Assembly (NCBI GenBank): GCA_902563105.1
Contig: CACEVU010000001.1
Coordinates: 221,649-285,648 of the forward strand
Source: an uncultured SAR86 cluster bacterium
GTDB taxonomy: Bacteria; Pseudomonadota; Gammaproteobacteria; Magnimaribacterales; AG-339-G14
Length of the DNA stretch: 64,000 nucleotides
Direction of reading: 5' to 3'
Shown here: piece after piece, positions 56,104 to 64,000 of the stretch
Position numbering within the stretch: position 1 is the stretch's first letter
How the letters are laid out: every line of letters begins with the position of its first letter
The notes under the pieces: model-generated
What the model saw: the letters and a program-made list of their open reading frames with translations, nothing else
Told to the model about the DNA's origin: nothing
Database searches by the model: none
Translations under genes and position numbers: made by a program

Positions 56104-57106
56104 AAAGTTAGCAATTGTTGGTGGCACTGGCGCAGTAGGCAGAGTATTTATTGAGTATTTAAAAACTCATCAACTACCTATCGAAGAGATAAAAATCGTT
56201 GCTAGCAAAAGATCTGCTGGAAAAAAAATTGATCTCAATGGCTCTAGTATAGTTGTTGAAAATATTGAAAATTTTGACTTTTCTTCAGTAAATTACGCTT
56301 TCTTTTCTGCTGGTACTGAAGTTGCAAAAAAGTATGCACACTTAGCAAAAAGCTGTGGTTGTACAGTTATAGACAATTCTTCTTGCTTTAGAAGAGAAGA
56401 AAGTATTCCTTTAATTATTCCTGAGGTAAATGGTGAAATATTGGATACATTAAAATTACCTGAAATAATTTCAAATCCAAATTGTTCTGTTTCTCAACTT
56501 TTAATAGCTTTAAAACCAATCCACGACCTTTATAAGATAAAGAGAGTAGATGTGGCTACTTATCAATCAGTTTCTGGAACTGGAAAAGATGCCATAGATG
56601 AATTAACCAAACAATCAAAAGATTATTTAGATAATAAAAAAATCGAAAAAAAAGTTTATAGTTCCCAAATTGCTTTCAATATCTTGCCAGGCGCAATGAG
56701 ACCAAAACTTGATAATGGTTATACAGAAGAAGAAATGAAAATGACTTGGGAAGCTCAAAAAATTCTTGATAAAGATATTCAACTAACCTCATCATGTGCG
56801 AGAGTGCCGGTTTTTTATGGCCACTCTGAAGCAGTTCATCTTGAGACTGAATTAGAAATAGACCTGAATGAGATGATTTCAAAAATGAATGAATTTCCTG
56901 GTCTTGAAATTTTAGATGATGATAGTAAATTTTTGCCAAATCCAATTGATAATGCAGAAGGAAGTGATCTTGTTTTTGTTGGAAGCATTAGAAAAGACCT
57001 TTGGCAAAAAAATCGAATAAATTTTTGGGTTATTTCTGATAATTTAAGAAAAGGAGCAGCGCTAAACAGCATGCAAATACTAAAAAGATTAATCGAAAAT
57101 AATTAA
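56096..57106 (+). CDS. asd: aspartate-semialdehyde dehydrogenase, short (Asd2/Usg-like) type
   Basis: 336 aa. It has VGGTGAVG, NPNCSVSQL (active-site Cys) and QSVSGTG. Its position upstream of truA matches both asd (Pseudomonas) and usg (E. coli). Confidence 0.8.
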   Translation: MSKKLAIVGGTGAVGRVFIEYLKTHQLPIEEIKIVASKRSAGKKIDLNGSSIVVENIENFDFSSVNYAFFSAGTEVAKKYAHLAKSCGCTVIDNSSCFRREESIPLIIPEVNGEILDTLKLPEIISNPNCSVSQLLIALKPIHDLYKIKRVDVATYQSVSGTGKDAIDELTKQSKDYLDNKKIEKKVYSSQIAFNILPGAMRPKLDNGYTEEEMKMTWEAQKILDKDIQLTSSCARVPVFYGHSEAVHLETELEIDLNEMISKMNEFPGLEILDDDSKFLPNPIDNAEGSDLVFVGSIRKDLWQKNRINFWVISDNLRKGAALNSMQILKRLIENN

Positions 57107-57108
57107 GC

Positions 57109-57408
57109 ATGGACACTTTTTTGCCAAGAGAGATGTACCTGATAATTGGAATTGCTATTTTCTGTTTAATAGTCTTTCTTTTATTTTTTTCAGATCATTC
57201 CATAGAAAAAAAGAAAATTAATGAAAGCCAAAAAAAAATATCTAACGAGTTAGGTAAAGATAGTTCAATTAATTTGAATCTTGCAATTACATATTCTGAA
57301 ATGAATCAAATTGATAAGGCAAAAGAGTTTCTAGAAAAAATAAAGATAGATGAATTGGAAGATAAAGAAAAAGATGCTTATTATTTAATAGCTAGTAAAT
57401 TTAATTAG
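57109..57408 (+). CDS. small membrane protein with FimV C-terminal-like motif
   Basis: 99 aa. It has one TM helix (YLIIGIAIFCLIVFLLFF). LNLAITYSEMNQIDKAKEFLEKI resembles the FimV C-terminal repeat LDLARAYIEMGD..GARELLEEV. It occupies the syntenic fimV slot between asd and truA. Confidence 0.5.
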   Translation: MDTFLPREMYLIIGIAIFCLIVFLLFFSDHSIEKKKINESQKKISNELGKDSSINLNLAITYSEMNQIDKAKEFLEKIKIDELEDKEKDAYYLIASKFN

Positions 57409-57409
57409 A

Positions 57410-58204
57410 ATGCAGAGATATGCTCTCGGCATTGAATACATTGGTACCTTTTATAAAGGTTGGCAAAAACAAAAAAAAACAGATTCTACTGTTCAAGAAA
57501 ATGTTGATACTGCTCTTTCAAAGATTGCAGACGAAACTATTAAGACAACCTGTTCAGGAAGAACAGATTCTGGAGTTCATGCTTTAATGCAAGTAGTGCA
57601 CTTTGAAACTCGGGCAAAACGACTAAATAGATCTTGGGTTGCAGGAACTAATTCTGTTCTTCCTCAAGACATCAACATAAATTGGATTAAAAAAGTTCCA
57701 CAAGATTTTCATGCTCGATTTTCCGCTATAAAAAGGACTTATAGATATCACGTTTTTAATGGAAGCAGCCAATCTGTACTAAATAAGAACTTTACTTCTT
57801 TAGTAAAAGATTCTTTAAATCTCAATGCCATGCAGGAAGCATCAAAATATCTTTTAGGAGAAAATGATTTTTCATCTTTCAGAGGATCTGGATGTCAATC
57901 AAATAGCCCTAATAGAAATATTTATGATATCAAGATAACTAAAAGCAAAAAAATAGTTTCAATTGAGGTTTCAGCTAACGCCTTTTTACTTAACATGGTG
58001 AGAATTATTGTCGGAACCTTAATAGATATTGGTATGAAAAAAAATAAACCCGAATTTATTCGAGATATTCTTGTTTCCAAAAATAGAAATCTGGCAGGCA
58101 AGACCGCTGAAGCAAAAGGTTTATTTTACTTGGGACCAGAATATGATCATTCTTTCAAATTAGTTAGGCCAAAATATAAAAACAATTTAGTGATAAAGAA
58201 TTAA
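57410..58204 (+). CDS. truA: tRNA pseudouridine(38-40) synthase
   Basis: 264 aa. It has SGRTDSGVHA (catalytic Asp), RTYRYHV and FLLNMVRIIVGTL. Confidence 0.95.
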   Translation: MQRYALGIEYIGTFYKGWQKQKKTDSTVQENVDTALSKIADETIKTTCSGRTDSGVHALMQVVHFETRAKRLNRSWVAGTNSVLPQDININWIKKVPQDFHARFSAIKRTYRYHVFNGSSQSVLNKNFTSLVKDSLNLNAMQEASKYLLGENDFSSFRGSGCQSNSPNRNIYDIKITKSKKIVSIEVSANAFLLNMVRIIVGTLIDIGMKKNKPEFIRDILVSKNRNLAGKTAEAKGLFYLGPEYDHSFKLVRPKYKNNLVIKN

Positions 58205-58818
58205 TGCAATATTTTATTAAAATTTGTGGGGTAACTAATTTTAAGGACATAGAAGAACTTTGCAAAATGAATATAGATTCTATTGGGTTTAATAGAGACA
58301 AAAATAGTCCTAGGTTCGTGTCTTTAGATTTTTTAAAATCTGCTGGTAAATATTTTAATAATAAAATTTCTCCGGTAATTGTCTTCGTCAATGAATCTAG
58401 CGAAGAGGTAAAGAAGGCTGCAAGCTTTTTTAAAAATCCGATATTACAATTTCATGGCGATGAAAGTAAAAATTTCTGTTCTTCATTTAATTTACCGTAT
58501 ATAAAGGCTATTTCTATGCAAGATGATGATTATCTTTCCAAGATTGATGAGTTTAAAGATGCTTTTGCAATTCTTCTTGACTCTGGCGGTAAAAAAATTA
58601 GAGGAGGAACTGGAAAAACTTTTGATTGGAAGCTTATACCCAAAGAACTAAAAAACAATTTTATAATTGCAGGCGGGTTAAATTCAAATAACATTGCTTC
58701 ACTGATTAGTGATTATCATCCTTTCGGAATTGATGTTGCATCTGGAGTAGAATTAGAACCCGGAAAAAAAAATATAATAGAATTAAAAAAGTTCTTACAA
58801 AAAGTTTATGAAAAGTAA
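58204..58818 (+). CDS. trpF: phosphoribosylanthranilate isomerase
   Basis: 204 aa. It has [15 protein letters not shown] and GGTGKTFDW. Confidence 0.9.
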   Translation: MQYFIKICGVTNFKDIEELCKMNIDSIGFNRDKNSPRFVSLDFLKSAGKYFNNKISPVIVFVNESSEEVKKAASFFKNPILQFHGDESKNFCSSFNLPYIKAISMQDDDYLSKIDEFKDAFAILLDSGGKKIRGGTGKTFDWKLIPKELKNNFIIAGGLNSNNIASLISDYHPFGIDVASGVELEPGKKNIIELKKFLQKVYEK

Positions 58819-60022
58819 AAGCAAAATAAATTATACCTTTCCTGATGAGAATGGAAGATTTGGTGAATTTGGTGGGAAGTACGTCTCTGAAACTCTAATA
58901 ACTGCTTTAGAAGAATTAGAAAAAATTTATTCTAAAGTCAAAAATGATAAATCTTTTCAAGAAGAAGTAATCAAGGATCTAAATGATTTTGTGGGAAGGC
59001 CTTCTCCTCTTTACTTTGCAGAAAGATGGACAGAAAAGCTTGGTGGAGCAAAAATTTATCTTAAAAGAGAAGATCTAAATCATACCGGAGCTCACAAAAT
59101 TAATAATACTGTTGGACAAGTACTACTTGCAAAGAAGATGGGCAAAAAAAGGGTTATTGCTGAAACAGGAGCAGGACAGCATGGAGTTGCTACAGCAACA
59201 GTAGCTGCCAGACATGGTCTTGAGTGTATTGTTTTCATGGGAGAGGAAGATATTGAAAGACAGTCTCTAAATGTTTACAGAATGAAACTTCTTGGAGCTA
59301 AAGTATGCTCGGTAGATTCTGGCACAAAAACACTTAAAGATGCTATGAATGAAGCAATGCGTGATTGGGTTACTAACGTTGAAGATACCCATTATATTAT
59401 TGGGAGTGTAGCTGGTCCTCATCCTTATCCTGAAATAGTTAGAGATTTTAATTCTATCGTGGGTAAAGAGCTTAAACTACAGTCCAAAAAAGAATTTGGA
59501 AAATACCCTGATATGATCGTAGCTTGTGTTGGAGGTGGATCCAACGCAATGGGTATTTTTTATCCTTTCATAAAAGATATTAAAACTAAATTAGTTGGAG
59601 TAGAGGCAGGCGGATCTGGAGTTAAATCCGGTAAACATGCTGCACCTTTGAGTGATGGAAAAGTAGGTGTCTTGCATGGAATGAAAACTTATCTAATGCA
59701 GGATAAAAACGGACAAATCCTTCCGACACATTCCGTTTCAGCAGGATTGGATTATCCTGGAGTTGGTCCAGAACATGCTTATTTAAGGGATATTGGAAGA
59801 GTTGAATATCAGAGTGCTACAGATCAACAAGCACTAAAAAGCTTCCATGAATTAACAAGAACAGAAGGAATAATGCCCGCGCTAGAGACTTCCCATGCTT
59901 TGGCTTATGTAAATAAAATAGCTCCCAAGTTAAGTAAATCAAAAATTATTGTGATTAATTTGTCAGGCAGAGGAGATAAGGATATGTTTACAGTAGCAAA
60001 AGAAGATGGGATGACTTTGTGA
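58808..60022 (+). CDS. trpB: tryptophan synthase beta chain
   Basis: 404 aa. It has HTGAHKINN (PLP Lys), ETGAGQHG and GGGSNAMG. Confidence 0.97.
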   Translation: MKSKSKINYTFPDENGRFGEFGGKYVSETLITALEELEKIYSKVKNDKSFQEEVIKDLNDFVGRPSPLYFAERWTEKLGGAKIYLKREDLNHTGAHKINNTVGQVLLAKKMGKKRVIAETGAGQHGVATATVAARHGLECIVFMGEEDIERQSLNVYRMKLLGAKVCSVDSGTKTLKDAMNEAMRDWVTNVEDTHYIIGSVAGPHPYPEIVRDFNSIVGKELKLQSKKEFGKYPDMIVACVGGGSNAMGIFYPFIKDIKTKLVGVEAGGSGVKSGKHAAPLSDGKVGVLHGMKTYLMQDKNGQILPTHSVSAGLDYPGVGPEHAYLRDIGRVEYQSATDQQALKSFHELTRTEGIMPALETSHALAYVNKIAPKLSKSKIIVINLSGRGDKDMFTVAKEDGMTL

Positions 60023-60795
60023 CAAGACTTGAAAAAATCTTTAAACAAACAAGTGCCAAAAAAAAAATATTGGTTACTTACACTGTAGCTGGAGATCCTT
60101 CCTTAAAAACTTCAAAAAAAATACTCGATGATTTAGTTTCTTCTGGAGCAGATATTCTAGAAATTGGCGTTCCATTTTCAGATCCCATGTCAGAGGGTCC
60201 TGTGATACAGAAGGCACATGAGCGTGCTCTTAAAAAAAATATTGAATTTAAAGATATCTTAAATATCTGTAAGCAAATAAGAAAAAAAAATTCTAGCGTT
60301 CCTATTGTTTTGATGGGCTATATGAATTCTTTTTTATCGTTGAAGAATAAATTAGCTAAGGAGCTCTTTCTAGCAGGGGTAGACGGAGTGATTGTTGTAG
60401 ATTTACCTTACGACGAAAGCAAATCCTTTTTTGAAAATTTAAGACAAGAAGATATTGACCTCATTAGGTTGATTTCTCCAACTACTGATTCGAAAAGACT
60501 TAAGCAAATGTTAGCGTCCTCATCAGGTTATTTGTACTATGTTTCATTAAAAGGCATAACTGGAGCCGAATTAAAAAACTTTGATGAGGTCAAGAAAAAA
60601 GTTAAGAAAATAAAATCTTTAACTCATCTACCGGTAGTTGTTGGATTTGGCATAAAAGATACAAAAACGGCAAAGAAAATGGCTTCTTTTTCGGATGGCA
60701 TAGTTGTAGGTACGAAAATAATTGACTTTATTGAAAATAAATCTTCCAAAAGAATCTCAAGCTTCACTAAATCATTAAAAAAAGCTATAAATTAG
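60019..60795 (+). CDS. trpA: tryptophan synthase alpha chain
   Basis: 258 aa with a GTG start overlapping the trpB stop (GTGA). It has [28 protein letters not shown] and VVGFGI. Confidence 0.93.
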   Translation: MTRLEKIFKQTSAKKKILVTYTVAGDPSLKTSKKILDDLVSSGADILEIGVPFSDPMSEGPVIQKAHERALKKNIEFKDILNICKQIRKKNSSVPIVLMGYMNSFLSLKNKLAKELFLAGVDGVIVVDLPYDESKSFFENLRQEDIDLIRLISPTTDSKRLKQMLASSSGYLYYVSLKGITGAELKNFDEVKKKVKKIKSLTHLPVVVGFGIKDTKTAKKMASFSDGIVVGTKIIDFIENKSSKRISSFTKSLKKAIN

Positions 60796-60796
60796 A

Positions 60797-61660
60797 ATGG
60801 TCAAAAGCTGGTTCAACAAAATCTTACCTTCGTTAGGTAAACAACATAAAGAAGAAAAACAGAGTCCAGTGCCTCAAGGCCTCTGGCAAACATGTTCAAA
60901 TTGTAAAGAAATTCTATATGGTCCAGATCTTGAGGCAAATATGTATGTTTGTCCTAACTGTGGTCATCACATCAGGATTGGGGCTAGACACAGAATTTCC
61001 TACCTTATAGATCATGATGAGTATTCTGAAATATCCTCCGACCTTAAAACAAAGGATTGGCTGTCATTCACTGATACAAAAAAATACAAGGAAAGACTTA
61101 GTGATGCAAAAACTAACATTGATGAAAATGAAGCTCTGATTTCAGTTTATGGAAAGCTCAACGAAAAAGATGTTGTTTTGTCGGTTTTTGAGTTTCGTTT
61201 TCTAGGTGGGTCGATGGGTTCTGTTGTTGGGCAAAAATTTGTTGATGCAGTTGAGTTTGCTATAGAAAAAAAGTGTCCTTTTATTTGTGTTGCAACAAGC
61301 GGAGGAGCAAGAATGCAAGAATCTCTCTTCTCATTGTTTCAAATGTCAAGAACCACTGCAGCTCTGAATAAACTTAAAAATCAAAAGCTTCCTTTCATAT
61401 CAGTGTTAACCGATCCAATATATGGGGGAGTTGCTGCAAGTTTGGCTATGCTTGGAGATATAAATATTGCAGAACCCAAAGCCCAAGTTGGATTCGCAGG
61501 TCCGAGAGTTATTGAAGATACTGTAAGAGTAAAACTTCCGGAGGGTTTTCAGAGAAGTGAATTTCTTTTAAAACACGGTATGATTGATTTGATTATTGAA
61601 AGACCAGACATGAAGGAAAAAATATCAGGTCTTATTACAAAGCTTCATCATATCGGTTAA
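60797..61660 (+). CDS. accD: acetyl-CoA carboxylase carboxyltransferase beta subunit
   Basis: 287 aa. It has the zinc ribbon CSNCKE...CPNCGHH and GGSMGSVVG, SGGARMQE. Confidence 0.95.
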   Translation: MVKSWFNKILPSLGKQHKEEKQSPVPQGLWQTCSNCKEILYGPDLEANMYVCPNCGHHIRIGARHRISYLIDHDEYSEISSDLKTKDWLSFTDTKKYKERLSDAKTNIDENEALISVYGKLNEKDVVLSVFEFRFLGGSMGSVVGQKFVDAVEFAIEKKCPFICVATSGGARMQESLFSLFQMSRTTAALNKLKNQKLPFISVLTDPIYGGVAASLAMLGDINIAEPKAQVGFAGPRVIEDTVRVKLPEGFQRSEFLLKHGMIDLIIERPDMKEKISGLITKLHHIG

Positions 61661-61664
61661 TTCC

Positions 61665-62906
61665 GTGTCAGAAAATCTTTCTAAGTGGATTGAAAAAAAT
61701 GTTCTTTCTCAAACTTATAAGAGAAAAAATTTAACTGAATTTAGAAAAGCTTTAAATTATTTAGAGCTTAAAAAACCTAAAGAGATTATCCTTATTGGAG
61801 GTACAAATGGAAAAGGTTCTCTTGTCGAATTAATAACGCAACTTTCTATTAAAAATAAAATTTCAGTTGGAACTTTTTCCTCGCCCCATCTTCTAAATTT
61901 TAATGAACGCATCAGAATAGATGGAGAAGAAATAAATGACACTTCTTTCCTCAATGCTTTAAAAAAAGCAAAAAAAATATCAAAAAATCTAAATTTTAAT
62001 TTCTATCAAATAATTTCCTTAGCAGCTCTAGATCATTTTAATAATTTTGATTTAGATTTGTGGGTCCTTGAGATTGGGATGGGTGGAAGATTAGATCCAA
62101 TGAATTCATTAAATCCGGATTTGTCTGTTATTACTAAGGTTTCTTTAGATCACCAAGAATTTTTAGGAGATACAATTGAGAAAATAGCAGAAGAGAAAGT
62201 AGCTATTGCCAGAAAGGAGAAGCCACTGATTTTTGGCTCATTGAACATACCGAATACGGTTCAAAAAAAAACTTCAGAAATCAAAGCAAAATTAATTTCT
62301 CCTAAACACAACAAAAAATCTAAAGAATTTTCAAAACTTTTAAACTCATTATCTGATAAAAACATTCTTTCGAAGGAAGTGCTTTTTTGCGCAGATCAAA
62401 TTCTTCAATACAGTAAATTTAACTTTAGTAATAAATTAACAAAAAACTTTTTAGAAAAATTCAATTTTTTTGGGAGATTAACTCATTTTAATAATATTTT
62501 GCTCGATTCTGCGCATAATGAGGATGCGATAAAAAATCTAATGAAATATTTAGAGAAGAATCATAGGAAAAAGATACTTAATCTTTTCTTTTGTTGTTCA
62601 ATAAACAAAGATCCTTATTCACTACTAAAGCCTTTCGAAGATAAAATTGATAGAATTTACTTGCCAGATAATATTCACGATAAACTTATGTCTCCAAAAG
62701 AGGTTATGTCAAAAGCAAAAGATCTGAATATAGAATTCGTAATTAAAAATTCTATCGAAGAAGTTTATTCAAAAACTAAAAATGTGCAGCCAAATATTCT
62801 AAATCTAATAATCGGTTCCTTTTATTTTTCTGGAGAATTTTTAAAATATTTTTTAGAAGAAAAGAAGCTTCAGATATCCATTAAGAGTCTTAAAAAATTG
62901 ATTTGA
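61665..62906 (+). CDS. folC: bifunctional folylpolyglutamate synthase/dihydrofolate synthase
   Basis: 413 aa with a GTG start. It has the P-loop GGTNGKGS, EIGMGGRLD and DSAHNEDA. Its position after accD supports the call. Confidence 0.85.
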   Translation: MSENLSKWIEKNVLSQTYKRKNLTEFRKALNYLELKKPKEIILIGGTNGKGSLVELITQLSIKNKISVGTFSSPHLLNFNERIRIDGEEINDTSFLNALKKAKKISKNLNFNFYQIISLAALDHFNNFDLDLWVLEIGMGGRLDPMNSLNPDLSVITKVSLDHQEFLGDTIEKIAEEKVAIARKEKPLIFGSLNIPNTVQKKTSEIKAKLISPKHNKKSKEFSKLLNSLSDKNILSKEVLFCADQILQYSKFNFSNKLTKNFLEKFNFFGRLTHFNNILLDSAHNEDAIKNLMKYLEKNHRKKILNLFFCCSINKDPYSLLKPFEDKIDRIYLPDNIHDKLMSPKEVMSKAKDLNIEFVIKNSIEEVYSKTKNVQPNILNLIIGSFYFSGEFLKYFLEEKKLQISIKSLKKLI

Positions 62907-63442
62907 TGGATTTTTTTCTTTATCTAAATTCATTTGATTTTTTAATACTAATAGTTTTCTTTAGTTCTTTACTAATTGGCATATCAAGAGGCTTGTATTT
63001 AGAAATGATATCCAATGCTATTTGGATAGGAGCCATATTGATTGCTTGGTTTTTTAGGTATTACCCAATGGAGATTTTTGATAATTTTACAAACGACAAG
63101 GAAGTTAAAAGCATTTTTAGTTTCGTTTCAATATTCGTGATTTTACTCATTGTCTTCAGAATAACTGGCAAAGCAATTATGAAAGGGATGAATTCCATGC
63201 AAAAAGGAATTTTAGATAGAATTTTTGGAGGTTTTTTTGGAGGATTTAGAGGGTCATTAATCATTATTGTGCTGTTTTTGGTAGGAGACACATATATAAT
63301 GCGTCAAACATGGTGGAAAGATAGTTATATGTCAGACTACATATTGACCGGTGCAGACCAATTAGGCTCTTTCATAGGTCGAGTTCCATATGAAGAAATT
63401 AACTCCGAGGATCTAGATTTGGAGGAAAATCCCTTTAATTAG
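62903..63442 (+). CDS. cvpA: CvpA-family membrane protein
   Basis: 179 aa with four hydrophobic helices. GKAIMKGMN...LDRIFGGFFGGFRG is typical of CvpA. It lies in the folC-cvpA-purF synteny. Confidence 0.8.
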   Translation: MMDFFLYLNSFDFLILIVFFSSLLIGISRGLYLEMISNAIWIGAILIAWFFRYYPMEIFDNFTNDKEVKSIFSFVSIFVILLIVFRITGKAIMKGMNSMQKGILDRIFGGFFGGFRGSLIIIVLFLVGDTYIMRQTWWKDSYMSDYILTGADQLGSFIGRVPYEEINSEDLDLEENPFN

Positions 63443-63452
63443 AAGTTTTATT

Positions 63453-64000
63453 ATGTGCGGCGTCGTAGGGATAGTTTCAAAAGAAGATGTAGCTCCAGCT
63501 CTTTATGAAGCCCTCACAGTAATACAACACAGAGGACAAGATGCTGCAGGTATAGCCACAAATGAAGGGGAAAAAATTCATATTCGTAAACAGCTTGGAC
63601 TTGTAAGAGAGGTTTTTAGAGAACAACATATCGTTTCTTTAAAAGGAAAAATTGGTATTGGACATGTTAGATATCCTACTGCTGGTGGACAAGACAGAGA
63701 GCTTGCTCAACCTATGTATTCTAACTCGCCGTTTGGGATCAGCATCTCTCACAATGGAAATCTCGTTAATACCAAAGAATTGACTAAAGAACTTATCTTC
63801 GATGATTTTCGCCACATTAATACGAATTCTGATTCAGAAATTATTCTTAACGTATTTGCTCATGAACTCTACAAAGTAAATTTTCCAGGAACAAAGCCTT
63901 CAGCTAAAGAAATATTCGAGGCAGTAGCAAGAACTCATCAAAGACTTAAAGGCGCCTACTCAGTAGTTATAATGATTTGCGGGGTTGGAATTGTCGGTTT
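63453..64000 (+). CDS. purF: amidophosphoribosyltransferase, 3' end cut by the window edge
   Basis: This gene is not in the ORF track because it is truncated. My translation from ATG 63453 is MCGVVGIVSKEDVAPALYEALTVIQHRGQDAAGIA..., which shows the Ntn Cys2 and the purF N-domain. Confidence 0.93.
   Translation, partial: MCGVVGIVSKEDVAPALYEALTVIQHRGQDAAGIATNEGEKIHIRKQLGLVREVFREQHIVSLKGKIGIGHVRYPTAGGQDRELAQPMYSNSPFGISISHNGNLVNTKELTKELIFDDFRHINTNSDSEIILNVFAHELYKVNFPGTKPSAKEIFEAVARTHQRLKGAYSVVIMICGVGIVG

Noticed and set aside
1-64000. A window-wide look for mobile elements, CRISPR arrays, tRNA/rRNA genes, toxin-antitoxin pairs and defence-system hallmarks (nucleases, helicases and ATPases in unusual combinations, reverse transcriptases, integrases).
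   Set aside because: None was recognised. All ORFs of 100 aa or more are accounted for by metabolic or housekeeping families or by shadow ORFs, and no spacer is long enough for an array or a structured RNA gene. This was an inspection by eye of translations and intergenic DNA, so short or degenerate repeats could have been missed.

Overview
This is an AT-rich (about one-third G+C by eye), very gene-dense chromosomal segment. I call 67 protein-coding genes, two of them cut by the window edges. By my own approximate tally of intergenic gaps they cover roughly 97% of the window. I recognised no rRNA, tRNA, CRISPR array, transposase, integrase, phage or plasmid gene. Synteny is gammaproteobacterial. 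It includes aroC-leuCDB-asd-(miniature fimV-like)-truA-trpFBA-accD-folC-cvpA-purF at 51.9-64 kb, cysB-thrH, lexA with a CTGT-N8-ACAG SOS box, topA, pyrD and nadK. Low GC, near-zero spacers, overlapping convergent genes and many lipid/xenobiotic enzymes suggest a streamlined marine planktonic gammaproteobacterium. SAR86-like is a guess, not a search result. The left third (1-22 kb) looks like accessory metabolism. It holds an array of six GST-fold genes with a CoA-transferase and a PAP2 phosphatase, then a redox-enzyme block (FAD monooxygenase, AKR, SDR, FMN alpha-hydroxyacid oxidase, MDR, crotonase, VOC, PhyH dioxygenase) with an outer-membrane hydrophobic-compound channel. The middle carries an orphan acyl-CoA carboxyltransferase, def, a CIA30/unknown/APH-like kinase/SRPBCC string, tadA and xthA-prc-acyltransferase-mazG. 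It also carries an acyl-CoA dehydrogenase pair, yhhQ, nadK and a 900+ aa multi-SLBB Wza-like exporter. Further right are thrH-prpBCD and a lipoprotein penicillin-acylase-family gene. I did not find a discrete defence, toxin or mobile system, and most of the window is ordinary core genome. The best candidates for under-described biology, all of moderate interest, are: (1) the GST/CoA-transferase array; (2) the APH-like kinase module and the nearby catalytic/non-catalytic ACAD pair; (3) the orphan giant Wza-like protein; (4) a 99-aa FimV remnant in the syntenic fimV slot; (5) genome-architecture features, namely overlapping convergent stops, an SOS box abutting the lexA ATG, and a 12-kb spacer-free gene string. 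All family assignments come from motifs read in the translations and from memory of the families. No database search was run.
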